A DNA stretch of 64,000 bases from Malacoraja senta (Eukaryota), in assembly GCA_038087875.1 (NCBI GenBank), contig CM075990.1, positions 1,054,001 through 1,118,000 of the forward strand, in the 5' to 3' direction. The position numbers and the translations under genes were made by a program. Under the pieces are notes generated by a model, which was not told where the DNA came from, did no database searches, and worked only from the letters and a program-made list of their open reading frames with translations. This document shows positions 1 through 12,640 of the stretch, one piece after another; positions within the stretch are counted from its first letter, which is position 1; every line of letters starts with the position of its first letter.

Positions 1-37
1 GAGAAAAGGAATGACTTGGCCTAGACTCAGGTCCAGT

Positions 38-66
38 CTGAAGAAGGGTCTTGACCCGAAACGTCA
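38..66 (+). ncRNA. Minimal hammerhead-ribozyme core in a Penelope pLTR
   Basis: CTGAAGA-A-GGGTC-tt-GACCC-GAAAC-GTC-A: CUGANGA box, stem II, GAAA box, GUC triplet; stem I is weak. Confidence 0.6.
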
Positions 67-160
67 CCCATTCCTTCTCTCCAGAGATGCTGCCTGTCCC
101 GCTGAGTTACTCCAGCTTTTTATGTCTATCTTCGGTTTAAACCAGCATCTGCAGATTCTT

Positions 161-788
161 CAAATCAAATCAAATCAAATCAACCTTTATTGTCATCTCG
201 CAAGCAACAGTTATACACTGCAAAATGAAAAGACGTTTCCCAGGGAATACCGGAGCATCGCACATGAAATTTAAAACATTTCACACATAATAACACTAAA
301 GACAATTCAGTCCCTGATGGAACAGTATAAATAGTTAAAAAGTAGGTAAAAACAACGTTAAAATACAGTAAAACCAATCATAAACATGTCCGCGGTGGCT
401 GATTTGAGTGGCCAGTGCCAGTTATTAAAGTGTCCGTGCCAAGCCACAGAATCAGGTGACTGAGTACAGAGTGGCTGTTTAGCAGCCTCACAGCATATGG
501 CAGGAAGCTGTTTCGCAGTCTTGTAGTCCGGGCTTTGATGCTGCGATATCTCTTGCCTGATGGCAGGAGATCCAGGTGTATGTGGAGGGGGTGCAGTTTG
601 TCCTTAGCAATTCTCTGAGCTTTTTTCCAACAGCGGCTCTGGAACAGTTCTTGTACCGAGGGTAGGGAGACGCCAATGATCTTCTCTGCTCCCCTCACTA
701 CCCTCTGCAGAGCCTTCCTGTCCGAGCAGTTGCAGGTGGAGTACCACGTATTTATGCAGTACGTGAGTACAGACTCCACCGTACCCCA
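161..788 (-). mobile_element. Rex1/Babar-like LINE, 3' fragment
   Basis: ORF ESVLTYCINTWY...LLPSGKRYRSIKARTTRLRNSFLPYAVRLLN; (ATTTG)n tail at 161-183. Confidence 0.85.
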
Positions 789-1317
789 TTAACTGTCAGG
801 TTCTTAAGCCGCCTTGCACATCAGTACTGAACCACTGTGGACTTTGGTTTATGTGATGTCATGGTCTAACTTACTTCAAATAATTGATAATTTATTGTTT
901 TATTTTTGCCTCTTAAGGTGCCTGTAAATCTCCAGCTAGTAGGAATTTCATTGTTCCGGTTTGTATCCGGTGCATGTGACAAATAAGCATTCTTGGTACT
1001 TGATTAATGGTAAAATCAGTTGATATAACTGCTAAAACTGAATGCAAGTGATTACCTTGCTAAATTAAATGGTGATTCAGGTACACTGATTTTAAGTATG
1101 TGGGAATGAAGATATCTAAAGAATCCTGGCAGTGGGCATGATTGCCACTGGAAATGTGTAGTTTAAAAAAATCTGAAATAATTAGTCCCAATTGTTTCAC
1201 TTGATAAATTCATCTGCCAAGAAAAAAAGTTGGATGATCAAGCTTTCTTGCTGATGCTCCACCCATTGCTACTAATTAGTTGTTCATACTAGAAACATAC
1301 TCATTCTTTTGAGTATT

Positions 1318-1590
1318 AGATTAGTTTAGAGATGCAGCACACCAAAGAGGACCAGTGATCGCTGTACACTAGCACTATCCTACATACTAGGGACTATTTA
1401 CAATCTTTACTGAAGCCAATTAACCTACTAACTTGCACTTCTTGGGAGTGTGGGAGGAAACCAGAGCATTCGGGGGAAGTCCACACGGTCACGGGGAGAA
1501 CATACAAACTACAGACCACCTGTAGTCGGGATCAAACCCGAGTCTTTGGCGCTGTAAGGCAGCAACTCTACCGCTCCGCCACCGTGCCAT
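1318..1590 (-). mobile_element. tRNA-derived V-SINE (HE1-like)
   Basis: reverse complement has A/B-box head GGTGGCG..GCGGTAGAGTTGCTGCC...GGGTTTGATCCC, V-domain, (CTAAA)n tail. Confidence 0.82.
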
Positions 1591-3752
1591 AATCTTGATT
1601 ATTATGATGAATCTGTTCTTAGGTGTTTCTTGGCAAAAACCTCTTTTATTGGGATCATTTCCTCCTTTGGTAAAGAACTGTACTGTGATTTGGAATGAGA
1701 TGTTTGAATAGAATTGTGTCTCAGAATACCTCATAATTAAATTACTCTGCAGTTGGTAAATCTTCTATATGTATAGTGTACTATATAATAACACGGAACT
1801 GCAGATGTTGGTTTATACCAAATATAGACATAAAATGCTGGAGTAACTCTGGGTCCGGCAGCATCACTAGAAAACATGGATAGGCAACGTTTCTGAAGTA
1901 GGGTTCCGACCAGAAACGTCGCCTATCCATGTTTTCCAGGGATGCTGCTTGACCAGCTGAGTTGCTCCAGCATTTTGTCCCTTTTGCTACTATGCCAGGC
2001 CATCCCACAGTATTTTACAGTCAGTGGAAATGTTTTCAAAATTCTAATGAAGGAAACACTGCAGTCACTTTGTGGAATCTAAGCTGACAAGCAGCAATAT
2101 GATGATCAGCAGATTTTTTTAAATGTTGATTATGGGCTAAACATTGGAAAGAACGTTGCAGATACATTCTTGGACTTTGGAGTTGTCCCACATTATTCTT
2201 TGTATGCACTTGAGAGAACAGTCAGGACCTTGGTTTTAACACTGGACCTGCTGCCTCGCAGCCCCACTGACTTGCAGTGTTGCCTGTGTGGACTTTGTGC
2301 ACTCTCCTTGTGTGTGACCTCATGGGCTTGTTATTTACTCCCACAACCCACTGATGTGCAGAATCTTAGGTTCTTTAACCACTGTAAATTGCCCCTAGTG
2401 GTAGAATATTCGGGATGGAGAATTAGTTAAAGACAATGTGGAGATAATAGAATTGGTTAGGATGGTATTAATATAAAAATGGGTGTTAGATGGTCATTAC
2501 AGACAAGATAGCCCAAGGGCATTTTCTATGCTGTATCTCCCTGACTCTGACTTCATCTGAGATCCAGCACATGCAATCCACATCATTTTGACTTGGATAG
2601 AATGGATGCAGTTCTCCTTATGGTATGCAATAGTCAATTGGAGCCAGATAAGGCAGCTGGTGCAAAAATTCCATGGCATATTTTTCAAGGCGGAGGGAGG
2701 GGGATTTCTTGAGACACAGGCAACTGCAGATGCTGGAATCTAGAGCAAAAAATACATTTCTGAAAGAACACAACAAGTCAGACCGCCTGTGGAGGCAAAG
2801 GGGTTCTCAATGTTCCGGGCCGAGACCCTGCATCAGGACTGAAGAGTGCAGAGGGGGGGTGTAAGGCTGAGGCTGGTAGGTGGCATGTGCAGGGAGGATG
2901 AGCCTCCACAACACTACTGATTGTACATTGAGAGGTCAGCGCTTTTTTGCACTTTGCATTTGCAGTGACATTTACTAAAATGATGGTCGATCATTTAGTT
3001 CAGCATAGTTTTCTTGATCTAACTTCATACCACTTGCTTTTCTTAAATCTAAATATCAATTCATAGTTATAGAGCATGGAAACAATGTCATCTTCAAATT
3101 TACTAATCATGCTTTCTAAGTTCTCCTCCAAATCATTGATATATATCACAAACAGCAATGGGCCCAGCACCGATCCCTGAGGCACACCACTAGTTGTAGG
3201 TCTCCAGTCCAAACACAACCTTCCACCATCACCTTCCTTCCATGAAGCCAATTCCCTATCCAATCAGCTAGCTCTCCTAGGATCCCATGCGATCTAACCT
3301 ACACGAGAGGCATACCATGCAGAATCTTGGCAAGTGCCTTGCTGAAGTTTGTTTTTAATAAATTGGAGATTATCTCTGCAGCTCAGTTGGTTGGTAAATT
3401 CCAAAGATTTGCCACCCTTCAATGAAGATTTCTTTTCATCTTTGTTTTGCATAGCTGGCTCATTATTATGAGGCTGTGACCCCTGGTTCTACGCATGTCA
3501 GTCGAAACATCCTTTCATAATTGATTTCCTCCATCGCTTAATGTAGACAGGTTCACATGTACAGTGCCCTCCATAACGTTTGGGACAAAGACCCATCATT
3601 TATTTGCCTGTACTCCTCAATTTAAGATTTGTAATAGAAAAAAATCACATGTGGTTAAAATACACATTGTCAGATTTTAATAAAGGCCATTTTTATACAT
3701 TTTGGTTTCACCATGTAAAAATGGGTGGACTATAAACATAGTAGACTATATA

Positions 3753-5359
3753 CAGTAGCTTGCAAAAGTTTTCATACCCCTTGAACTTTTCCACATTTTG
3801 TCACGTTACAACCACAAACGTAAATGTATTTTATTGGGATTTTATGTGATAGACCAACACAAAGTGGTGCATAATTGTTAAGTGGAAGGAAAATGATACA
3901 TGGTTTTCAAGTTTTTTTACAAATAAAAAACTGAAAAGTGTGGCGTGCAAAAGTATTCAGCCCCCTTTACTCTGGTACCCCTAAATAAAATCCAGTGCAA
4001 CCAATTGTCTTCAGAAGTCACCTAATTAGTAAATAGAGTCCACTTGTGTGTAATGTAATCTCAGTATAAATACAGCTGTTCTGTGAAGGCCTCAGAGGTT
4101 TGTTAGAGAACATTAGTGAACAAACAGCATCATGAAGCCCAAGGAACACACCAGACAGGTCAGGGATAAAGTTGTGGAGAAGTTTAAAGCAGGGTTAGGT
4201 TATAAAAAAATATCCCAAGCTTTGAACATCTCACGGAGCACTGTTCAATCCATCATCCGAAAATGGAAAGAGTATGGCACAACTGCAAACCTACCAAGAC
4301 ATGGTCGTCCACCTAAACTGACAGGCCGGGCAAGGAGAGCATTGATCAGAGAAGCAGCCAAGAGGCCCATGGTAACTCTGGAGGAGCTGCAGGATCCACA
4401 GCTCAGGTGGGAGAATCTGTCCACAGGACAACTATTAGTCATGCACTCCACAAATCGGGCCTTTATGGAAGAGTGGCAAGAAGAAAGCCATTGTTGAAAA
4501 AAAGCCATAAGAAGTCCCATTTGCAGTTTGCGACAAGCCATGTGGGGGACACAGCAAACATGTGGAGGAAGGTGCTCTGGTCAGATGAGACCAAAATTGG
4601 CGGAAATGCAAAACGCTATGTGTGGCGGAAACCTAACACTGCACATCACCCTGAACACACCATCCCCACTGTGAAACATGGTGGTGGCAGCATCATGCTG
4701 TGGGGATGCTTTTCTTCAGCAGGGACAGGGAAGCTGGTCAGAGTTGATGGGAAGATGGATGGAGCCAAATACAGGGCAATCTTGGAAGAAAACCTGTTAG
4801 AGTCTGCAAAAGACTTGAGACTGGGGCGGAGGTTCACCTTCCAGCAGGACAACGACCCTAAACATACAGCCAGAGCTACAATGGAATGGTTTAGATCAAA
4901 GCATATTCATGTGTTAGAATGGCCCAGTCAAAGTCCAGACCTAAATCCAATTGAGAATCTGTGGCAAGACTTGAAAATTGCTGTTCACAGACGCTCTCCA
5001 TCCAACCTGACTGATCTTGAGCTATTTTGCAAAGAAGAATGGGCACAAATTTCAGTCTCTAGATGTGCAAAGCTGGTAGAGACATACCCCAAAAGACTTG
5101 CAGCTGTAATTGCAGCGAAAGGTGGTTCTACAAAGTATTGACTCAGGGGGGCTGAATACTTTTGCACGCCACACTTTTCAGTTTTTTATTTGTAAAAAAA
5201 TTTGAAAACCATGTATCATTTTCCTTCCACTTCACAATTATGCACCACTTTGTGTTGGTCTATCACATAAAATCCCAATAAAATACATTTACGTTTGTGG
5301 TTGTAACGTGACAAAATGTGGAAAAGTTCAAGGGGTATGAATACTTTTGCAAGCCACTG
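3753..5359 (+). mobile_element. Passport-like Tc1 transposon (IR/DR type, DD34E), full length, nested in another Tc1
   Basis: TA|CAGTAGCTTGCAAAAG...CTTTTGCAAGCCACTG|TA; ITRs of about 210 bp with an inner direct repeat; transposase at 4132-5141. Confidence 0.95.
4132..5141 (+). pseudogene. Tc1 transposase with one frameshift (~4392) and a 9-nt in-frame deletion (~4600)
   Basis: MKPKEHTRQVRDKVVEKF...GRPPKL...WSDETK...QQDNDPKH...SPDLNPIE...KGGSTKY split across two ORFs; 34 residues between the second D and E. Confidence 0.93.
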
Positions 5360-7764
5360 TACATAGTTCCCCCCCATTTCAGGGCACCATAATGTTTAGG
5401 ACACAGCAATGTCATGTCACTGAAAGTAGTCATGTTTAGTATTTTGTTGCATATCCTTTGCATGCAATGTCTGCTTGAAGTCTGCGATTCATGGACATTA
5501 TCAGTTGCTGGGTGTCTTCTCTGGTGATGCTCTGCCAGGCCTGTATTACAGCCATCTTTAGCTTATGCTTGTTTTGGGGGCCAGTACCCTTCAGTTTTCT
5601 CTTCAGCATATAAAAGGCATGCTCAATTGGGTTCAGATCGGGTGATTGACTTAGCCGCTCAAGTATTGACCATTTTTTAGCTTTGAAAAACTCCTTTGTT
5701 GCTTTAGCTGTATGTTTGGGATCACTGTCTTGCTGTAAAATGAACCGCCGGCCGATGAGTTTTGAGGCATTTGTTTGAACTTGAGCAGATAGGATGTGTT
5801 TTTACACTTCAGAATTCATTATGCTACTACCATCAGCAGTTGTATCATCAATGAAGACAAGTGAGCCAGTTCCTTCAGCAGCCATACATGCCCAAGCCAT
5901 AACACCCCCACCACTGTGTTTCACAGATGAGATGGTGTGCTTTGGATCTTGGGCAGTTCCTTCTCTCCTCCATACTTTGCTCTTGCCATCACTCTGATAT
6001 AAGTTAATCTTTGTCTCATCTGTCCACAAGACCTTTTTCCAGAACTATGGTTGCTCTTTTTACTTCTTGGCAAACTGTAACCTAGCCATCCTATTTTTGC
6101 GGCTAACCTGTGGTTTGCATCTTGCAGTGTAGCCTCTGTATTTCTGTTCATGAAGTCTTCTGCGCGCAGTGGTCATTGATAAATCCACACCTGACTCCTA
6201 AAGAATGTTTCTGATCTGTCGGACAGATGTTTGGAGATTTTTCTTTATTATAGAGAGAATTCTTCTGTCATCAGCTGTGGAGGTCTTCCTTAGCCTGCCA
6301 GTCCCTTTGCGATTAGTAAGCTCACCAGTGCTCTCTTTCTTCTTACTGATGTTCCAAACAGTTGATTTTGGTAAGCCTGAGGTTTGGCTGATGTCTCTAA
6401 CAGTTTTATTCTTGTTTCTCAGTCTCATAATAGGTTCTTTGACTTTCATTGTCACAACTTTGATCCTCATGTTGATAAGCAGCAATAAAAGTTTCCAAAG
6501 GTGATGGAAAGACTGGAGGAAAGACTAGGTGCTGAGAGCTCTCTTATACCTGCATTAAGGAGGCAATTATACACACCTGAGCAATCACAAACACCTGTGA
6601 AGACATGTGTCCCAAACATTATGGTACCCTGAAATGGGGGGGACTATGTATAAACACAGCTGTAATTTCAACATGGTGAAACCAAAATGTATAAAAATGG
6701 TCTTTAATAAAATCTGACAATGTGCACTTTAACCACATGTGTTTATTTTCTATTACAACTCTCAAATTGTGGAGTACAGAGGTAAATAAATAAATGATGG
6801 GTCTTTGTCCCTAACATTATGGAGGGCACGGTACCTCCTCTAACTAAATCTATTGCATCCGGTGTTCCTGATGTGTACTCCTGTACATCAGTGAGACCAA
6901 GTGTGGACTCTGCTACCTTTTTGCTTGGACTTTTCTCAGTCCAAGGCCTACTGGATCTCCAGGTTCTCCTTACAGTCTGAAGAAGGGTCACGACTGGAAA
7001 TATCACCTATCCATTTTCACCAGAGGTGCTACCTGACCCGCTGAGTTACTCCAGCATTTTGTATCTACAATGGCTTGTTCATTTCTATTTCTAAAGTTTT
7101 TCAACCCTTTGGAATGTCTACCTTTGATTTCTGGATACTCCGTGATTCTTAAATTAACTTCTCCACCATTGACCGCCACGCTGAGCTCCTAAACTGCAGA
7201 ATACCCTCGTTCTGACTTCCCATCTCTTTTATCTCTCCTTTAAGATACACATCAAAGCATAGTTACAAGCTGTAGGCATCGTTGATCAACTGTAAAATCT
7301 TGTTTGGCATATTTCTTTCAAGTATCGTGGGACATATTCATACATTAAATTAATTGTGTTCGATGGCGTTCTTGATTGGTGTGTTTCCTTTTGTTAAATG
7401 GTTGCCAAAGTTACTGAGTAACCATCCTATCCATGTTGTGAATATGCTTTAAGAATGTGCTTTAATGAAAAACCATGAAGCTGAAACCTTTACATAGATT
7501 TGTACAGGACAGGAACAAACCTTTTGACCACAATTTCTACACGGGTGCTGCCTGATATGCTGAATATTTCCACCATTTTTCATTTTTATTTCCACACTGA
7601 ATACAGTTAAAATAATGAGGTCAAGTTTTGTGCAGGATTAGACACCGTTGAAATTGGAAACATGGTCATTACAGGGCAAAATTAGAAATGTAGGAATAAC
7701 AAAACTCAGTGGGTCAGACAGGACCTGTGGGGAGAGAAACAGGATTAAACGTTCAGCTGATGCC

Positions 7765-8265
7765 ATAGTCATACAGCTTGGAAACAGACCCTTCGGCCCA
7801 ACGCCCATGTTGACCAAGATGCCCCACTAGTGCCACCTGCTCATGTTTGGCCCATATCCTATCCATCCATGTACCTGTCTAAATGCCTTTTAAATGTTGT
7901 TATAGTACCTGTCTCAACTGCCTTCTCTGGCAGCTCATTCCATACACCCACCACCTCTGTGAAAAATTTTCCCCTCAGGTTCCTATTGAATCTTTCCTCT
8001 TAAATCTATGTCTCCTAATTCTTGATTCCTCTACTCTGGGTGAAAGTTTCCGTGCATTCACCCTGTCTATTCCCCTGATGATCTTATATTATAAGATCAC
8101 CTCTCATCCTCCTGCGCTCAAAGGAATAAAATCCTAGCCTGCCCAACCGCTCCCTGGAGCCCAGGCCTTCAAGTGCTGGCATCCTCCTTGTAAATAATCG
8201 CTGCCTTGCAACATCATCCTTCCTATAGCAGGGTGACCAAAACTGAACACAATACACCAGGTGCT
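7765..8265 (-). mobile_element. CR1 3' fragment
   Basis: YCVQFWSPCYRKD...[11 protein letters not shown]. Confidence 0.8.
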
Positions 8266-8704
8266 GTGAGCTTGCCATGCCCAGTTACGGCACAATAATT
8301 CACTAGGCCAGATTAATTATTTTTAGAGAGTTGAACATAACTATTTTCATCTCATACAATAATTTTAAGAACAGAAAACGTTTCTTCATTTGATTTTTTG
8401 TTAATGTTGGAAAGAAATGCGGCAATGACGCATGTTGTCATCTCAATAATTTGGTGGTTCCTTTACATTACCATTGCCTTTGTTTTATAAGTGACCCTTG
8501 ACGTCTTGAATTTCAAGACTTTTTCATATGAATCCATTAAAAAACCCTTGGAATGATTTACAATATTATTACTGTTAATTTGAATTTATTTCTTCCTAGT
8601 TCAAAATCACTCCTGGAAAATTGTGGGGGAAATAAGAAACTACAATATTTTTTTATTGGGCATTGTGAAAGGAGGCTTTATTTTAGTGCCCCATGAAACT
8701 GCAG

Positions 8705-9197
8705 GGCAGCACAGAGGTGTGGTGGTAGATTTGCTGCCTTAAGGGACTTTCCCACTCGGCGATTTTTTTTCACCAACTGCCGGCATCATAGACTGACGTA
8801 TCAGGTCACCGAAAAATTTGCAGCGTGACGCGGGGTGATGATGTATGACGCGCGGCGTTTTTTCAAGTGTCGCAACATTTTTTTGTTGCCGCTGGATTTT
8901 GAAATGTTCAAAATCTTTTGGCGACCCTGATATGACGCCGGCAGTCGCCGAAAAAATCGCCAAGTGGGACAGGCCCTTTACAGTTCCAGACACCCAGGTT
9001 CCATAATGACTACGGGTGCTGCATATGTGGAGTTTGTACGGTTTCCACCCCAACATGCAGGTTTATAGGTTAAGTGGCTTCGGTAAAATTGCAAATTTTC
9101 CCTAGTGTGTAGGATAGTGTTAGTGTACGAGGTGATCGCTGGTTGGTGTGGACTCGGTAGGCCAAAGGGTCTATTTCTGCGCTGTATCTCTAAAATC
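8705..9197 (+). mobile_element. V-SINE interrupted by a Harbinger MITE
   Basis: SINE consensus resumes after the TTA TSD; tail GCTGTATCTCTAAA. Confidence 0.8.
8742..8977. mobile_element. PIF/Harbinger-type MITE inserted in a SINE head
   Basis: TTA TSD (8739-41 and 8978-80); imperfect TIRs AGGGACTTTCCCACTCGGCGATTTTTT / AAAAAATCGCCAAGTGGGACAGGCCCT. Confidence 0.85.
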
Positions 9198-10452
9198 TAC
9201 GAATGCTGGAATCTTGAGCAATTGAGGGGTTTTAATTGAAGTCAGATTGGACCATTTTATTGAATATTGCTGTTCTTGTATTTTATGGAATTAAGATGAA
9301 AAATTGTACTGTTTAATTCACTTAAAAATAGCATTGAATTTGCTCCATGTCATTGTCACACTCCGACGTATTTGCAATAGCTGCACGTTATCATTCTCAA
9401 AGTCTCCATTAATTTAATATTGGTTGGTCATTCTACCTGCTTCTCTCTGTCCCTGCACAACCAGAATTGATAACAACCAGATATTTGCAGTATCTTCAAA
9501 GCGTACAGCATAAGGTTCCTTTCCCAGCCCTTCCTTCTATTTCATGTTTAAATAGGGTTCTGACAGCACTGTGCACAGGATAAAGTGGATACTGATGACA
9601 TTCGTTGTGGCCTCTCCTCCTCTAACGTCTTGAGTGCTGCAACTACTTTAGACTGCCTTCTGGCTACATCATCTATTGAGCCCTGGATTATGTAAAGTTC
9701 AATTAGATTTCTGCTCATCCTTCGAACTTCTAGGGAATGGCGTAGAACTATTAATCTATGTTACTGCTAAGATTTTACTCCATTATATCATTGATTATTT
9801 TTTCCTGCCAACTGGAGTTTCTGATTTTTTTAATCCATTCTAATTCAATTCAGATTGCTATACTTTTAATTGTTAAACATTTGAATTTCCTTGCACAGTT
9901 CATGGATGAGATACATTTCATCCACACCTCATCCTCCTTTCTAGCAGAACTTGCAGCCACTAGAACTTGCACCCACAGCCATCAGGCTATTAAACACGAC
10001 ATCAAATAAGCTCTGAACAATAACAGTCTATTATTATTATTGCACTATATCTGTTTATTTATTGTGTATATATGGTCTATAGACACACTGAACTTTTATC
10101 TTCCGTTTTGTATTATGTTTACATATTCTGTTGTGCTGCAGCAAGTAAGAATTTCATTGTCCTATCTGGGACACAGGACAAAACTCTCTTGACTCTTAAG
10201 TCCTTACACCATACAATTTATTTCTGAAATATTCTGACATTTTCCCCCATCCTATCCCAACTTTGTTGCATAAAAACTATCTTTTTGACCATTTCTGCAC
10301 TAAATCTTCAGCGTTTTCTGAGATTTTAGACCTATAATCTAACTTTTTGAAGTCCCTTGGCATGTTTCCTTCATTCAAGACGCTCATTTCTTTGGTAGTT
10401 CTCCATTGCAATGACGTAAAAGTCTTTTCAGTTCCCAGAAGTAAAAGATTCC

Positions 10453-10730
10453 AGTTTAGTTTAGAAATGCAGAGTGCCCTTTCGGCCCACCAACCAATGA
10501 CCCCCGCACATTAACGTTATCCTATACACACTGGGGACAATTTACAATTATATCAAGCCAATTAACCTACAAACCTGTCTGTCTTTAGAGTGTGAGAGGA
10601 AACCAGAGATCCAGGAGAAAACCCACGCAGGTCATGGGGAGAACGTACAAACTCCATACCTATAGATAGGATGGAACCCGGGTCTCTGGCGCTGTAAGGC
10701 AGCAACTCTACCACTGCGCTACTGTGCCTA
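10453..10730 (-). mobile_element. V-SINE
   Basis: same consensus as the other copies. Confidence 0.82.
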
Positions 10731-10944
10731 CCACTATTTAATTTACTGGTTGTTTAGTCAATTTATGTAACTTCTGGGATTGTGAAAGACCCAAGACTTA
10801 TAACAAAAAAATTAACTTGAGGACCAGGAGTTAAGAATGACAAAGGCACAATGGAATGGGATATACTGATTTTGTGGATTATTCAATTAAAAAAAAATGT
10901 TTATAATACCAAATGATAAATTGGATGCAATATATTTTTTTTAG

Positions 10945-11067
10945 ATGATGTCATGCAAAATACTTACTGTGAAATTGATTTGGATAAACAAAAGCGCGAT
11001 GCCTTTATTTATGCTATCAAGAACCACTACTGGTACCAGATGTACATTGATGATTTGCCAATATGGG
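10945..11067 (+). CDS. TM9SF3: TM9SF3 coding exon (human exon 3 equivalent)
   Basis: ttag|...|gtaagt, 123 nt; translates (D)[40 protein letters not shown](G), matching TM9SF3. Confidence 0.96.
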
Positions 11068-11589
11068 GTAAGTACCTATTAAGTTCAGTTCAAGAAGGAT
11101 GTTTACAGGATTTGTAAAACATGTTATTTTCTCAGATTTTGGGGGAGTTCTCTCTCCCATCATGGTTTTCCAAAGTATAAGAATGGGGGATTCAACTTTC
11201 AAGCCTGCTGTAACATAAAATTAGTTTATTGTGGAATAGTATCTTAACACCACCAACCCGCTTTGGTTTCCCTGTAGCTATCTGAGTTTTGCAATTTTGC
11301 TCCTTGACCAGAGTTCTTTGACGAAGAAGTGCCCATTGTGTGGAGAACCTGACCAACCACAGATGAATGAATGAACCTAACTAACCACAGATGAATGATC
11401 TGTGACTTCATTTTTTTGTTAATCTTTCCCCATATCCCTTCGTAAAACAAAAAATCTTGGATTCAAGCTTTTGGACATATCTCATTTTTTTATTCCCCAA
11501 TCAACAAAAATATATTTTCTGAGCGGTTTCTCCACTAATATCTTAAAGTGATTAAATCACCTTTTGCCTTTCTAGAGACTCAATTAATT

Positions 11590-12640
11590 TCCCTCAACTG
11601 AAACTCTCCTCCACCTGGCTGAACTTATCCTCACTTTCAACACTCCTCTCACTTTGTCCAAGTTAAAGTTTCCACCATGGGCACTCACTTGGGCCCATCT
11701 ATGCCTGCCCTTTTGTTGGTTACGTTGATTGATACTTTTCCAGGCGTATACTGGTACCATACCCCACTTTTTCTCTGCTACATTGACGACTCCCCTCCCC
11801 GCAGACAGAGCAAGGATAGAGTACCCCCACTCTTCACCTTTCACCCCACCAGCCTCTGTATTCAACATATCATCCCCAACATTTCCTCTAATGTGATTCC
11901 ACCACCTGTCACATCTTCCCATCTCCACCCTTTCCCACTTTCCACAGAGACCGCTCCCTCAGCAACCCATTGGTTCACATCCCTTCCCACCCAAACCCCT
12001 CCCTCCCCAGGTACTTTTCCTGTGACCGCAGGAGAGGTAACACTTGTCCCCTATACATCCTCCCTCGCCATCAATTAGGGACCGCAACAGTCCTTATAGG
12101 TGAGACAAAGGTTCACATCCTCTAACCTCATCTACTGCAACTGGTGTTCCTGATGTGGCCTCCTGTACATTGGCGAGAGCAAGAGTAGACTTGGCGACCA
12201 TTTCACCGAACACTTGTGCTCGGTCTCCCAAGGTCTTCTGGATCTCCCGGTTGCTAACCATTTTACTTCCATTCCTATTCTGACCTTTCTGTCCTGGGCT
12301 CCTCCATTGCCAGATTGAGGCCACACACAAACTGAAGCACCACATATTCCACTTGGGTAGCTTACAACTCAATGGTATAAACATTGAATTCTCCAATATT
12401 ACGTAACTTCAAACACCACCCCCCCTTTGACCCCCCACGACCCCCTTTCTTCCCACCTCCCCTCTCACCTGGACTCGCACCTATTTCACCTCTTCAATCC
12501 TTTTTTCACATGTCTGTTTTTTTTTTCATTTCCTGCACCTTCCCTTCCCCCCCCACCCCCCACAGTGACCCAAAACGTCATCTGTCCATGTACTCCAAGA
12601 ATTCTTCCTGATCCACTGAGTTACTCCAGCACTTTGTGAC
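11590..12640 (+). mobile_element. Degenerate Penelope-like element (RT remnant, GIY-YIG endonuclease remnant, pLTR)
   Basis: MGTHLGP...FLCYIDD RT remnants; SNLIYC..C..CGLLYIGE..RLGDHF.EH GIY-YIG remnant at ~12115-12220. Confidence 0.82.

Larger units (their letters stand above)
3562..6831 (-). mobile_element. Second Tc1 family (DD34E), host of the nested Passport-like copy; defective transposase ~5436-6470
   Basis: TA|CAGTGCCCTCCATAA...TTATGGAGGGCACGG|TA; minus-strand ORF fragments MRIKVV..., WTDETKINLYQSDGK. Confidence 0.93.

Noticed and set aside
1..10944. TM9SF3 exons 1-2 or promoter
   Set aside because: No matching peptide or CpG island seen; presumably upstream of the window.
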